A stretch of DNA of 64,000 nucleotides from a bacterium (GCA_965209155.1 OZ242383.1:1376001-1440000); one strand, 5' to 3'; positions 33,595-44,039 are shown, numbered from the stretch's first letter. Notes: generated by a model not told the origin, from the letters alone. Translations and numbers: made by a program.

Positions 33595-34590
33595 TTACCC
33601 TTCGAGATAATCGTCAATGTAGTCGCGAACGATCTCCTCGAGGTTTGCCCCTTTCTGGAGTCCAAGTTCTGTGGCTCGGGCGGTTTCACAGTCTTGAGGT
33701 CCCACCTGGTAAGCCTTCGTAAGAACTGGATCTGGCTTGACCGTGATCTTTCCCAAACGACGATTCCCCCTGGCCGCTTGCAAAGCATCGATCATCTCCT
33801 GAAAGGTCACGGTATGGCAGGGGAACCCCACAGCACGATCCTCGCTCAATCGGCCCCCATCGACTTCATGGAGCCGAATCAAATTTTGCACGATGGCCCG
33901 ATAACCGAGGACTTGCGTCACTGTATCCAGCGGCATCGGCAACTCAAAATCCTCCCCATTCAATGGCTCGCGAAAAACGCCGTTGATAAAACCTGATGAT
34001 TGAAGTTTCATTTTTTCGGGTCGGATGATGACACTGGGCAACCGGGCACTCCGTCCGTCTAAAAAGCCCTTGCGGGTGTAATCGTTGATCAGAAGCTCCA
34101 GGACCGCCTTGGTGATGCCATAGGTCGATTGAGGCGTCTGTTTCACAAGATCGCCGACACAACGGGGCATACCAGTCCCCCCGAACACAGCAATCGAACT
34201 CAAAAATACCAGGCGTTGCAGACCCTCTCGTGCCCGAAGCCCTTCGAGGAGATGGCGGCTGCCATCGAGGTTCACCCGCATGGCGAGATCAAAATCCATT
34301 TCTGCCGCCAGGGTACTGGGGACTGCTGCCAGGTGAAAGACCGACAGGTCATCCCGGTCGAGCAAACCCTGAACGGTTTCCTGGTCCGAGATATCCCCAA
34401 CCACGCGACGGACGACGAAGCCTCCTGCTTTTTCCTCAGAAAGTCCGGGTCCCTCAACCGAGTCAAAGAGCACCAACTCATCGATGGCCTCTTCTTCGCC
34501 GGTCACTCCTGTCAAAACACCTCTGTCTAACAAGGCGCGTGCCAACCGAGTACCGATAAATCCAGCTCCTCCCGTTAACAAAACTTTCAT
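33595..34590 (-). CDS. NAD-dependent epimerase/dehydrogenase, D-erythronate dehydrogenase (DenD)-like
   Basis: TGGAGFIG, DFDLAMRVN, SSIAVFGG, YGITK, DYTRKGFLDGR..RLP. Confidence 0.82.
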   Translation of the reverse strand: MKVLLTGGAGFIGTRLARALLDRGVLTGVTGEEEAIDELVLFDSVEGPGLSEEKAGGFVVRRVVGDISDQETVQGLLDRDDLSVFHLAAVPSTLAAEMDFDLAMRVNLDGSRHLLEGLRAREGLQRLVFLSSIAVFGGTGMPRCVGDLVKQTPQSTYGITKAVLELLINDYTRKGFLDGRSARLPSVIIRPEKMKLQSSGFINGVFREPLNGEDFELPMPLDTVTQVLGYRAIVQNLIRLHEVDGGRLSEDRAVGFPCHTVTFQEMIDALQAARGNRRLGKITVKPDPVLTKAYQVGPQDCETARATELGLQKGANLEEIVRDYIDDYLEG

Positions 34591-34644
34591 GTCTTGCTTT
34601 CCTCTAAATTAAAGAATCCACCTTCTTAGAAGGTGGTTTTGATG

Positions 34645-34824
34645 GGCCCCTGGAAGGGGCCTCTCGTGATCGTACTCGTGAGCCGTGCTCGTGCTCGTGA
34701 ACGAAACGGCACCCCAGAAAATCGTGGATTCCCTGCCGTCTCTTCTATGCGGAACCCCATCTCAAGGGAATCGGGAACGCTTCCATCGAGCACGTGCACG
34801 TGCACGATTACGAACACGTACACG
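34645..34824. repeat. Hexamer-repeat hairpin element, copy 1
   Basis: GGCCCC-TGGAA-GGGGCC stem, (CGTGCT)n-like arm, about 90-nt spacer, complementary (GCACG[A/T])n arm; homologous to 40165-40334. Confidence 0.8.
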
Positions 34825-34910
34825 TTTCTGGCAGAGCCGTTTATCTCTGACCACGCCCAAAGGACGTGGTTTAATTAGATAAAATTAAATCGCCTCGTGG
34901 GAACACCTTT

Positions 34911-35891
34911 TTAGCCTCCCAAAGCATTCTGCTCCCTGATGATCCGGTCAAACAAAGCCTCCTGCTTGGTGTCGATTGCTTGATCAACACGGCCCGAGTC
35001 CCGGTAAAGGGTGGCTCTGCGCAGCATAAACTCATCCAGTGTGATTTTACAGGTAAAATCACCGACCACTTTTTTTATTTTTGAGTTATCAAATATGGCT
35101 GTATGGGTCTTGTCTCCATGGAGCGCCCACTGCCAGTCAGGACAGTATTTGATGAGCGTGTCCGACGGGACATGGACCAGGCGGGTTTCTTTTCCCAAGG
35201 CCCTGCCGAGGGCAGTATAGATCTCATTCCAACTGTAATAGTTGTCACTGGTCAAATGGAAGCAATCTCCCAGGGCCTGCCGGTTGCCGATGAGCCGGGT
35301 AAACGGCACGGCAAACTCCTCTGCGGCAGTGATGGTCCACAGGCTGGTGCCGTCCCCTGGTACAATGACCGGTTTGTCCCGGAGTATGCGGCTTGCGGCA
35401 AAGTCACCTTCCACCATGGCCGTGGTAAACATGGTCCGACTGGTGTGACTGGGACGGACAATGGTATAGCCCAGGCTACGTTGACTTTGAAGTAATTTTT
35501 CACAATCAATTTTCTGACTGCTGTACGGTGAAAAAGGATTGTGGAGGGGAGTCTTTTCGGTAATGGGAAAATGCTGGACCGGTCTGTGATAAGCAGAGGC
35601 CGTGGAAATAAAGATATATTGTAATTTTTTCCCCTGGAGCATTTCCAGATCTCTTTTCATCTCTCCAGGCGTAAACACGCGGAACTGGCAGATCACATCG
35701 AAGGCATGTTCCAGGATCCGGGCATATTGTCGGTCATCATTAAAATCACCGGTGATAAAATCAACCGATGCCGGAAGGCCGGCATTGTGTTTGCCACGGT
35801 TAAAAACGGTCACTTCATGACCGGCTTTCACGGTCTGGTGAATGCAGTCAAAAGATATCTGGCCGGTGCCGCCGATGTATAAAACTTTCAT
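34911..35891 (-). CDS. NAD-dependent epimerase/dehydratase
   Basis: IGGTGQIS, FISTASAY, YSSQK, VRPSHT, GDGTSLWT. Confidence 0.88.
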   Translation of the reverse strand: MKVLYIGGTGQISFDCIHQTVKAGHEVTVFNRGKHNAGLPASVDFITGDFNDDRQYARILEHAFDVICQFRVFTPGEMKRDLEMLQGKKLQYIFISTASAYHRPVQHFPITEKTPLHNPFSPYSSQKIDCEKLLQSQRSLGYTIVRPSHTSRTMFTTAMVEGDFAASRILRDKPVIVPGDGTSLWTITAAEEFAVPFTRLIGNRQALGDCFHLTSDNYYSWNEIYTALGRALGKETRLVHVPSDTLIKYCPDWQWALHGDKTHTAIFDNSKIKKVVGDFTCKITLDEFMLRRATLYRDSGRVDQAIDTKQEALFDRIIREQNALGG

Positions 35892-35916
35892 AGGATGCTC
35901 CCTGATAAAATGATCG

Positions 35917-36822
35917 CTATGGACGCACTCTGACTCCGCTCAGCTGTTCGAAGATTTCCATAAGGACCCAGTATTCTTTGTCTGCCCATCCATGGGCGAA
36001 GCCGGCGAGAAACGTCTGTAGAGCCGACGAGCCAAGCGATAAGGGCACAGACAGGTTCTGGGCCATCTCAGCGGCCAGTTTGACATCTTTACCGATGGTA
36101 TGCAACCCCGAGGCGGCGGTCTGCCCGGGCGGCGGTTCGGGACTGCGTGTGGCGATGAGATCGACCATCCCTTCAAATATCTTACTGCTGCCGCTGCTCG
36201 CGCTGATCACCTCTTTCAATGTCTGCACGCTCAGGCCGCCCTTGACTCCCAGCACCAGGGCTTCCATGGTGGCGACCATATTGATTCCGAGAAGCAGGTT
36301 ATTGACCAGCTTGACCGTCACGCCCGCACCGCTATCGCCGGCGTGAAAGATTTTGTCTCCGAACGCCTTGAACACCGGCATTGCCCGGGCCAGGGCCTTT
36401 GCGTCGCCGCCAACCATGACCGATAGTGTCCCCTGCTCTCGACTGTCAATGCTGGTGCCGCTCACCGGGGCGTCCAGCACGGTTACGCCTTTTTCCGCCG
36501 CCCGCCCGGCAATGGTATGAACCACCTCCGGACTAATGGTGCTCAGCTCGATGTAAATGTCGCCATTCTTTGCACCGGCCAAGACGCCATCGGGCTCCAG
36601 GGCCACTTGCTCACTGGCTTCATTAGACGACAGACAAGCCAACACGATGTCCGCGGTTTCGGCGACCTCGCGGTGGCTGCGTGCAACCCGGGCGCCATGC
36701 TGGCGGAGTTCCTGAAGCGATTGCTCACGCCGGGATTTGACGGTGAGTTCGAAGCCTGCTTTTGCGATATTGATGGCGATCGGCTTGCCCATCGCGCCGA
36801 GTCCTATGAATCCTACTTTCAT
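35917..36822 (-). CDS. 3-hydroxyisobutyrate/tartronate-semialdehyde dehydrogenase family
   Basis: GFIGLGAMG, DAPVSG, MVGG, KLVNN, KDVKLA. Confidence 0.9.
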   Translation of the reverse strand: MKVGFIGLGAMGKPIAINIAKAGFELTVKSRREQSLQELRQHGARVARSHREVAETADIVLACLSSNEASEQVALEPDGVLAGAKNGDIYIELSTISPEVVHTIAGRAAEKGVTVLDAPVSGTSIDSREQGTLSVMVGGDAKALARAMPVFKAFGDKIFHAGDSGAGVTVKLVNNLLLGINMVATMEALVLGVKGGLSVQTLKEVISASSGSSKIFEGMVDLIATRSPEPPPGQTAASGLHTIGKDVKLAAEMAQNLSVPLSLGSSALQTFLAGFAHGWADKEYWVLMEIFEQLSGVRVRP

Positions 36823-36877
36823 TGGCTGTCTCCTGATTATGAAGCTCCGCTCATGGCTTCAGTTCCCCGATGATCGG

Positions 36878-37726
36878 TTATGCGATCGTTATTTGGATTT
36901 CGCCAAACTCTCCATCTTCTCCGTATCGCATAGTTGCCTCCGCTCCGGGCTCTGCAAGAATCTGCGCTGCAGAACCGGTTGTAATGCTCTGGCCTTTTCG
37001 CATGCCAAATCCACGCTGAGATAAGGTATTGGCTGCCCAGTGCAAACCGGCCACCATTTCTGAAAAATCCAATCGTCGATCACGCGGAAACGGTTCCGAA
37101 GGTGCGCTCAGCCCCCTGCGGGATGCAAATTTACCATCAAGGTATATAGCAAGAGGGAGGTTCGCGAGATCGAGATCACGCCAACCGGGGATTTCATCGC
37201 CGATAACGAATGCGCCCGCGTTGGCAAGATCAGCGCAGCCTTTGAAAATGTCTAAACAGCCGGGTTCAGGCCAGTCCGATGAATCCCAATACCATCGTGT
37301 ATCCAGCACATCGATCGCCATGACAACCGCTTCGACGGCATCGTGAATTTCTTCTATGTCGTATGATTCTTCTTTGGTGGGTAGGTCTTGACCCAGGCGA
37401 AGGGCAAACTCCGCCTCTACAGGAATAGGGTGATTGCGAAAATCCGACATGCGAAAATGGCCGGGGCTTTTCTGTGTAACACTTTTATAGTAGCGCCCAA
37501 AGAAGGCTGGATGATCAAGACCTTGGGCGCGCTGGCTAAGCTTGTCGGTCATTGCAATTTTCCAGCCAGCAATCTCTTCGTTTATTTTGGCATCGAACGC
37601 ATCCTGTATCGCGAGGGATTCTTCGAGATCCGTCGGCCAAAGGTCTTCTGAAATATTCACGCTGCCGCCGTCTCGCCATGCTGCGGCTAGCGCATCGGAT
37701 ACTTTTTCAATCTTATCTTGTTGCAT
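36878..37726 (-). CDS. 2-keto-4-pentenoate hydratase / FAH-superfamily protein
   Basis: GWKIA, VEAEFA..LG.DLP, ADLANAGAFVIG, ITTGS. Confidence 0.8.
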   Translation of the reverse strand: MQQDKIEKVSDALAAAWRDGGSVNISEDLWPTDLEESLAIQDAFDAKINEEIAGWKIAMTDKLSQRAQGLDHPAFFGRYYKSVTQKSPGHFRMSDFRNHPIPVEAEFALRLGQDLPTKEESYDIEEIHDAVEAVVMAIDVLDTRWYWDSSDWPEPGCLDIFKGCADLANAGAFVIGDEIPGWRDLDLANLPLAIYLDGKFASRRGLSAPSEPFPRDRRLDFSEMVAGLHWAANTLSQRGFGMRKGQSITTGSAAQILAEPGAEATMRYGEDGEFGEIQITIA

Positions 37727-37796
37727 TGAATGTCCTCATCTTCTAGGTTATGCATTGATAGAGGCGTCAGGCAGTGGCTCTGTCATTCCTCACCTC

Positions 37797-38543
37797 TCAA
37801 TAACTCCCTGGCGCCACATGTGCGGTGACCAGGTTGTTACCGCCATCAACATCGAGAATCGACCCGTTGATAAACGATGCCTCGTCGGAGGCGAAATAGA
37901 CGATCGCGTTGGCTTGCTCCTCCGGCTCAGCCCACCGCCCTATCGGCAGGCCAGCCGACATAGCGGCTTCCGCCGCTGCCGGGTCGCCAGTTTTTGCTAT
38001 TGCGTCGCGAGAAAAGGTCGTCATCGTGGGACCCGGACAGACCGCATTCACCCGAACGCCTTGGCGGGCGTATTGCAGCGCCATTTGCCTGGTAAGCCCG
38101 ATCACACCGGCTTTGTTGGTGCAATAGGCGGCGCGGTTCGGCAGAGGGTTCAGCCCGGCCACGGAGGCGACATTGACGATGGCGCCGGATGCCTGCTTCA
38201 GCATGTGGGGAAGAGCGAACTTGCACCCGAGGAAGACAGCGGTCAGGTTTACCGCCATCATTCGATCCCATTCTTCGATGGTGGTGTTAATGACGTCCTT
38301 CTCGACTCGAATACCGGCATTGTTGACTAAAACATCAATCCGACCGGTTTCACTCGCTGCTCGTTCGACCAGCCCACTTACCGCATCGGGATCGGTCACG
38401 TCGCAGATGACTTCAATGAAGTCGGGTGGTGTTTCATCAAAAGCCAGGTCCGTTCCATAGACTCGGTCTCCGAGTTCCAAGAATTTCCGGGCGGTCGCTT
38501 CGCCGATGCCGCCTCGCGCGCCGGTAACGATTACTGTTCTCAT
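37797..38543 (-). CDS. SDR oxidoreductase
   Basis: TGARGGIG, NNAG, YCTNK, VNAVCPG. Confidence 0.9.
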   Translation of the reverse strand: MRTVIVTGARGGIGEATARKFLELGDRVYGTDLAFDETPPDFIEVICDVTDPDAVSGLVERAASETGRIDVLVNNAGIRVEKDVINTTIEEWDRMMAVNLTAVFLGCKFALPHMLKQASGAIVNVASVAGLNPLPNRAAYCTNKAGVIGLTRQMALQYARQGVRVNAVCPGPTMTTFSRDAIAKTGDPAAAEAAMSAGLPIGRWAEPEEQANAIVYFASDEASFINGSILDVDGGNNLVTAHVAPGSY

Positions 38544-38544
38544 C

Positions 38545-40104
38545 TTACATCTCCTTCCAATTCGTTCCTTCCTGAAACCCATGGGCAGCACGGTAAATGG
38601 TGGATTCGTCAAAATGCTTTCCAATCAGCATTAAACTTAGCGGGAGGCCCTCTGACATACCACAAGGAATGGCCATTGCCGGGTGGTGAGTGAGATTAAA
38701 AGGGAGTGTATTTGCGTGCATTTCGGAAGCTTTTTGTATATATTCCTCTCGACTGGCATCAGGAGCTGGATGCGGTTGAGCCTTGATCGTAGTCGGCATC
38801 GCCAGCAAATCATAATCATTAAGCACCTTGTCATACGCAGCTCTCAGCAGTCTACTCAGATTGATTGCCTTTCCATAATAACGACAACCGTAATATTTTC
38901 TAATGTAGGTGCCAAACATAATCATCAACTTCATGGTTTCTGGCAATTCATTTGCCCGGTTTTGCCAATTCCTGAAAAAATCCATAAGGCTGGTTACATA
39001 GAGATCAGTCCTGCCCACTCCATAGCCATCGCCCCACATCGTTTGTGTTACTCCTTCAACAATGATTGGCTCTGTGAGTGCCGGACCAACAAGATGCATA
39101 GGAATTGAGACTTCGTCTACCTTTGCTCCCAAAGACTTCAGGGCGGCAACGGCTGCCTTGAATTTTTCATTAACATCTTTCTCTTCATCATGATGCCGCC
39201 GTAGAGTCCCCAAATCACCAGCACGAAGATCGCCTTCCTGCATGTACCATTCTTTGACCACGGCAATCTTCATGCCTTTTAAACCGTCTTTCCCCTTAAG
39301 AGCCTCCGTATAGCGCTGTGTTTTCACATTAGATTGCCTGGGATCATATCCATCCACACCAGCAATCACTTCCAGCATTAACGCGTTGTCCTCGACATTA
39401 TTTGTCATAGGACCCGTATAATCTACATTCGGTTCACCCGTAAATATGCCTGTATAAGGGACAAGCCCATAGGTAGGCTTCATTCCATATATTCCACAGC
39501 AAGCCGCAGGTATTCTAATGGATCCCCCTTGATCACAACCAATCGCGAGATCGACCTCTCCTGCAGCAACAAGGACAGCACTGCCGGAAGATGATCCGCC
39601 TGCCGAATATCCCATTTTATGGGGGTTATGTATCGGTCCTTTTGCATTGGTATGACTGCCACCAGCAGAGGAAAAATTTTCACAGTGAGCTTTTCCGACA
39701 ATCGTAGCCCCTGCATCCAGAAGCCGTGTGACAACCGTCGCATCTATGTCAGGAACATACCCCTCCAAAATGGAAGATCCATTCATCATGGGAACACCAG
39801 CCAGCATGACGTTATCCTTCAAGACAACGGTTTTTCCTTGAAGTTTCCCTTGAGCAGCCCCTTTAACTTCTGTCTTCACATACCAGGCATTATACTGATT
39901 TTCTTCACCCCCGGGTTGATAGCCGGGTGTTCGTGGATACTTAACAAGCGGAAGATGATCAGGCATCGCATCAACCACATTGTAAGCATCGACATTCCCC
40001 TGAAGCAGACCCCTATAAGATTCAACATCCGCATCCGTTAAATCCAGACCTATTTCATCGGCGGCTTCTCGTATTTGTTGCGGTGTTGGTAATTGTACAG
40101 CCAT
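38545..40104 (-). CDS. Amidase (amidase-signature family)
   Basis: KDN, GGSSSGS, GCDQGGSIRIPA. Confidence 0.93.
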   Translation of the reverse strand: MAVQLPTPQQIREAADEIGLDLTDADVESYRGLLQGNVDAYNVVDAMPDHLPLVKYPRTPGYQPGGEENQYNAWYVKTEVKGAAQGKLQGKTVVLKDNVMLAGVPMMNGSSILEGYVPDIDATVVTRLLDAGATIVGKAHCENFSSAGGSHTNAKGPIHNPHKMGYSAGGSSSGSAVLVAAGEVDLAIGCDQGGSIRIPAACCGIYGMKPTYGLVPYTGIFTGEPNVDYTGPMTNNVEDNALMLEVIAGVDGYDPRQSNVKTQRYTEALKGKDGLKGMKIAVVKEWYMQEGDLRAGDLGTLRRHHDEEKDVNEKFKAAVAALKSLGAKVDEVSIPMHLVGPALTEPIIVEGVTQTMWGDGYGVGRTDLYVTSLMDFFRNWQNRANELPETMKLMIMFGTYIRKYYGCRYYGKAINLSRLLRAAYDKVLNDYDLLAMPTTIKAQPHPAPDASREEYIQKASEMHANTLPFNLTHHPAMAIPCGMSEGLPLSLMLIGKHFDESTIYRAAHGFQEGTNWKEM

Positions 40105-40164
40105 TTATTTCCTTTCCTCAAAAAATTTACATTATTTCTTTCCGCTCCTCTTAGATCCTAAATT

Positions 40165-40334
40165 AGCCCCTGGAAGGGGCTCCTCGTGATCGTACTCGTG
40201 AGACGTGCTCGTGCTCGTGAACGAAACGACATCCCATAGAACCCTGGATTCCATACCTTCTCTTCTCTTCGGACTTCCCCATCTCAAAGGGATCGGGAAT
40301 GTTGCAATCGAGCACGAGCACGAGCACGAGCACG
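40165..40334. repeat. Hexamer-repeat hairpin element, copy 2
   Basis: AGCCCC-TGGAA-GGGGCT stem, CGTGCT arm, (CGAGCA)4 arm; flanked by the direct repeat CTTAGATCCTA (40150, 40356). Confidence 0.8.
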
Positions 40335-40363
40335 GGTCTGTCCCCCTTAGTCCTCCTTAGATC

Positions 40364-41455
40364 CTAGCGGTAATTGAGGGAAACGCCCTCGTGGAAGATG
40401 TGAATCTTGGGGGGCTCGGCGGTCAGTTTGACCGAGTTGCCGCGCAACCCCGTATGGATGCCCGGCAGCTTTGCGAGCACGGTATCCTTGTCCTGCATCC
40501 GGTCAAAGTGGAGCAGGGTCACCTCGCCCAATTCCTCGGTGATGCTCACCTTGCCCTCGAAAATATAATCGCCGTCGGTTTCTACCAAATCCTCCGGCCG
40601 AACCCCAACGTTGACCTTCAGGCCTTCCTCCGAGCTTCGCGTCGGGGCAGCCGAGACGGCAACCCCGCCGGTGTCGAGTTTGATGGTGGTCTGCTCTCCG
40701 GTGCCGACAACTTCGCCGGGAATCAGGTTCATGGCGGGCGAGCCGATGAACTGGGCGACAAACTCGTTTTGGGGCCGGGTATACAGTTCCAACGGTCTGC
40801 CGACCTGACCAATGCGCCCACCGGGGGTGAGCAACACGATGCGGTTCGCCAGGGTCATGGCCTCCACCTGGTCGTGGGTCACGTAGATCATGGTGCTCTC
40901 GGGCATCGACTCCTTGAGCTGGGCAATCTCAATCCGGGTGGCCACCCGCAAGGCGGCATCCAGATTGGAGAGCGGCTCGTCGAACAGGTAAACCTTGGGA
41001 TCACGCACGATCGCCCGGCCGATGGCCACCCGCTGACGCTGGCCGCCGGAGAGCGCCTTGGGCAGTCGTTCGAGATAGGGTTCCATCTGGAGCATCCGCG
41101 CGGCCTGCGTGACGGTGGTGTTGATCACCTGACGCGACTTCCTGGCAAGCTCGAGGGCAAAACTCATGTTCTTGCGCACGTTCATGTGCGGATACAACCC
41201 ATAGGACTGGAACACCATCGCGATACCACGCTGGGCCGGTGGCACATCGTTGACGACCTGCCCTTCGATCTCCAGCGTGCCCGACGTGATGGTCTCGAGC
41301 CCGGCGATCATGCGCAAAAGAGTCATCTTGCCACAGCCCGACGGTCCGAGTAAGACGATCAGTTCACCCTGCTCGATATCAAGATTGATATCCTCGAGGG
41401 CCTTGACGGCTCCTCCATAGATTTTTTCAACGTTGGTCAACTTCATTTCGGACAT
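40364..41455 (-). CDS. aglK: Sugar ABC ATPase, AglK/MalK-like, copy 1 (Walker A GKM variant)
   Basis: GPSGCGKMT, LSGGQRQR, DEPLSNLD, TOBE C-terminus. Confidence 0.88.
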   Translation of the reverse strand: MSEMKLTNVEKIYGGAVKALEDINLDIEQGELIVLLGPSGCGKMTLLRMIAGLETITSGTLEIEGQVVNDVPPAQRGIAMVFQSYGLYPHMNVRKNMSFALELARKSRQVINTTVTQAARMLQMEPYLERLPKALSGGQRQRVAIGRAIVRDPKVYLFDEPLSNLDAALRVATRIEIAQLKESMPESTMIYVTHDQVEAMTLANRIVLLTPGGRIGQVGRPLELYTRPQNEFVAQFIGSPAMNLIPGEVVGTGEQTTIKLDTGGVAVSAAPTRSSEEGLKVNVGVRPEDLVETDGDYIFEGKVSITEELGEVTLLHFDRMQDKDTVLAKLPGIHTGLRGNSVKLTAEPPKIHIFHEGVSLNYR

Positions 41456-41551
41456 CGGTCCCTCCTTATTTGTTTACCGTCCGGCGCATCTTCCGGACCC
41501 GGTTCATGGATGCCACGTGTCGCGACGCCCTACTCTCAATTCTTCAACCGG

Positions 41552-42715
41552 TCACCCTTTGATCGATCCGGCCAACAAGCCGCGCGCAAAATATCGTTGC
41601 ATGGTCAAGAAGACCGCCAACGGCACCACCATGGAAATGAAGGCCCCCGTCGCAATGATTTCCCATTGTCCGGCGTAGGGCCCCAACATCCTGACAATGG
41701 CCTCTGTGACGACCACTCTTTTACCGGTGTTGTCGATCAGAAACACCTTGGCAGCCAGGAGATCGTTGAACGTCCACAGAAACTGGATGATTGCCCACGA
41801 GGCGATCGCCGGAATGCTGAGCGGCAGAATGATTCTGATAAAAATCTGGAAATCATTCGCGCCGTCGAGCTTGGCATTTTCGATAATTTCGCGCGGTATG
41901 CCGGCCATGTAGTTGCGCAAAAGAAAGATGGCGAACGCCATACTGAACGCGGAATGGGCGAGCCAAACGCCCGGATAGCTCTTGCCGATACCAATGTCCA
42001 CATACAGCTTCAGAATAGGGACCAAGGTAACCTGGATCGGCACGGCAAGGCCCGCGACGACCGCTACGATCAACAATGCATTGCCTCGGAAATTCATCCA
42101 GGCGAGCGCGTAGGCGGCAAATGCGGCAATCACGATCGGGATAATCGTCGACGGAATTGCCACAGTCAGCGTGTTGAGAAAGGCCTTCGTCATAGTTTGG
42201 CTGTTCTTCTTGTCGAACAGCATCCAGTGGTAATTTTCGAGCGTAAATTCGGGTGGCGCTCTTACCGTGACGAATACGCGTTGTCCGCGACCGCTCAACT
42301 GATCGTCGTTGCCGCGCCAGACGTAGTCGCCGTTGGCCTGAACAGTGATGCTTTCGCCGTCTCCCAGGTCGGCCACCTCACCGGGAACATAGGCATCGGT
42401 CGCTCGCGACGAGGTGCCCCAGAGGGTAATCTTCTTCGAGGACCCCTTGCCGAACAGATTGCCCGAGACCGTAAAGACGTCGCCGTCAGCCCGGCGAAAG
42501 TCGTCCGGATCGGCGACTCGGAGATCTTTTTTCTGCTCGGTTGTAAAGAGCGCTGTCCACCATCCTGAAGCCCTGATCTGGTCCCTGGTTCGGAACGAAG
42601 AGACGAACAGACCCAGCGTCGGAGCCAGCCACGCCGCGACCAGCAAAGCAACCGTGATGCGCACGACCCATTTTTTGAGCGATGATTTGGTTTCTACTAT
42701 TCCGTCCATGGTCAA
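41552..42715 (-). CDS. aglG: Carbohydrate ABC permease, AglG-like, copy 1
   Basis: EAA loop IIENAKLDGA; large periplasmic insert typical of AglG. Confidence 0.85.
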   Translation of the reverse strand: MTMDGIVETKSSLKKWVVRITVALLVAAWLAPTLGLFVSSFRTRDQIRASGWWTALFTTEQKKDLRVADPDDFRRADGDVFTVSGNLFGKGSSKKITLWGTSSRATDAYVPGEVADLGDGESITVQANGDYVWRGNDDQLSGRGQRVFVTVRAPPEFTLENYHWMLFDKKNSQTMTKAFLNTLTVAIPSTIIPIVIAAFAAYALAWMNFRGNALLIVAVVAGLAVPIQVTLVPILKLYVDIGIGKSYPGVWLAHSAFSMAFAIFLLRNYMAGIPREIIENAKLDGANDFQIFIRIILPLSIPAIASWAIIQFLWTFNDLLAAKVFLIDNTGKRVVVTEAIVRMLGPYAGQWEIIATGAFISMVVPLAVFLTMQRYFARGLLAGSIKG

Positions 42716-42728
42716 TCCTCCCTATTTC

Positions 42729-43946
42729 TTAGCGGGCTTTGTACACATTCCAGTATATAATCGGCGACACTAGCAGCACGAGGATGATCACAGACGCCGA
42801 TCCGACTCCCCAGTCGAGGTCGTTGAACAGCTTGCGGTACAAGTAATTTGCCAGGATCGCCGTATTCCAATTACTGAAGGTCATCGTATAGACAATGTCG
42901 AACACCCTCAACACGCCCACCGTGAGGATGATCCACACCACGACGATTGTACCGGCGATTTGCGGGATCTTGATACGGAAAAATAACTGGAACGGAGTCG
43001 CGCCGTCGATGATGGCGGCCTCAACCGTTTCCTGCGGAATGCCGCGCAGCGCCGCCGACAGGATCACCATGGCTAAGCCGGTCTGGACCCAGATCATCAC
43101 GGCCATCAGGAAGAAATTGTTCCAGAACGGTATCGTCTTCCAGGCCTGGGTTTTGCCGTAAGTCAGGGTGATCGTGAACACATCGATCACGTTCAGAAGC
43201 GCCAGGACGGCGAGATAGGCCGCCGCCGCACCGGCAACTGCTCGCAGAGCCGCACTGATGATTCCGCCCTTTCGTTCCTCCGGAATGAAGAAGGGGCGCA
43301 GGAACAGGTAACAGACATACGCCGCCACCGCAGCGAAGCCCAACAGGATGACGGCCGGGAATATCCGCAGAAAAAGAAACGAGCCGACCCCGCCTTCGAA
43401 CTGCATCCAGACCGCGTTCAGAACCCCGGTCACGGGGCGGATATCATACAACAGCATGAAGACCACCGAGGCGCCGACCCACGAGATCGCCATGGGCATG
43501 AAGATGATCGTCCTGGCGATGTTGCCCCAGGCAATGCGGTCCGTCAGTTGGGCGAACAGGAGACCAAACGCCGTACACGTAGCGGGTACGACGATCAGCC
43601 ACAATATGTTGTTGCGCATCGCTTCCCGGAACTTCGGATCGCTGAACAACTGCTGATAGTTCGCAAGACCGACAAACGCATCGCCCGCATCGCGGTCAGT
43701 GAGCGACAAGCGCAGTGATTCGAAAACCGGATAGACCATGTAGACCCCTAACACGAAAATGGCCGGGAAGATGAACAACCACGGCCGGATCATGTTGGCG
43801 CGAGTGATGTTATCTCCGGCGTTCTCGCCGCGCGGCGGGAACAGGACTTTGTCGAGCAACTGATTGGAGAGGTAGAAGTAACCAAGGCAACCGCCGATAC
43901 CGCTGATGATGATGATGAGACCCGGGATTGCCGTGTTCATGTCCAT
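42729..43946 (-). CDS. aglF: Carbohydrate ABC permease, AglF-like, copy 1
   Basis: IRPWLF, IFMPMAIS, ETVEAAIIDGA. Confidence 0.85.
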   Translation of the reverse strand: MDMNTAIPGLIIIISGIGGCLGYFYLSNQLLDKVLFPPRGENAGDNITRANMIRPWLFIFPAIFVLGVYMVYPVFESLRLSLTDRDAGDAFVGLANYQQLFSDPKFREAMRNNILWLIVVPATCTAFGLLFAQLTDRIAWGNIARTIIFMPMAISWVGASVVFMLLYDIRPVTGVLNAVWMQFEGGVGSFLFLRIFPAVILLGFAAVAAYVCYLFLRPFFIPEERKGGIISAALRAVAGAAAAYLAVLALLNVIDVFTITLTYGKTQAWKTIPFWNNFFLMAVMIWVQTGLAMVILSAALRGIPQETVEAAIIDGATPFQLFFRIKIPQIAGTIVVVWIILTVGVLRVFDIVYTMTFSNWNTAILANYLYRKLFNDLDWGVGSASVIILVLLVSPIIYWNVYKAR

Positions 43947-44011
43947 GCTCTGCCCTAAATGTTGTCAAAGACGGTACCGATGAGGATGGTGTAATCTTTG
44001 CCAAAAAATTA

Positions 44012-44039
44012 GGATCCCGAGCAGCCTGGCTCGGGATCC
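44012..44039 (-). terminator. Stem-loop/terminator after SBP1
   Basis: GGATCCCGAGC..GCTCGGGATCC followed by a T-run on the minus strand. Confidence 0.7.

Noticed and set aside
25900..33600. Integron cassette array (small genes, many TA pairs)
   Set aside because: No attC-like RYYYAAC...GTTRRRY structures could be identified, genes are in mixed orientations with their own promoters, and the integrase stub is arm-binding type rather than IntI
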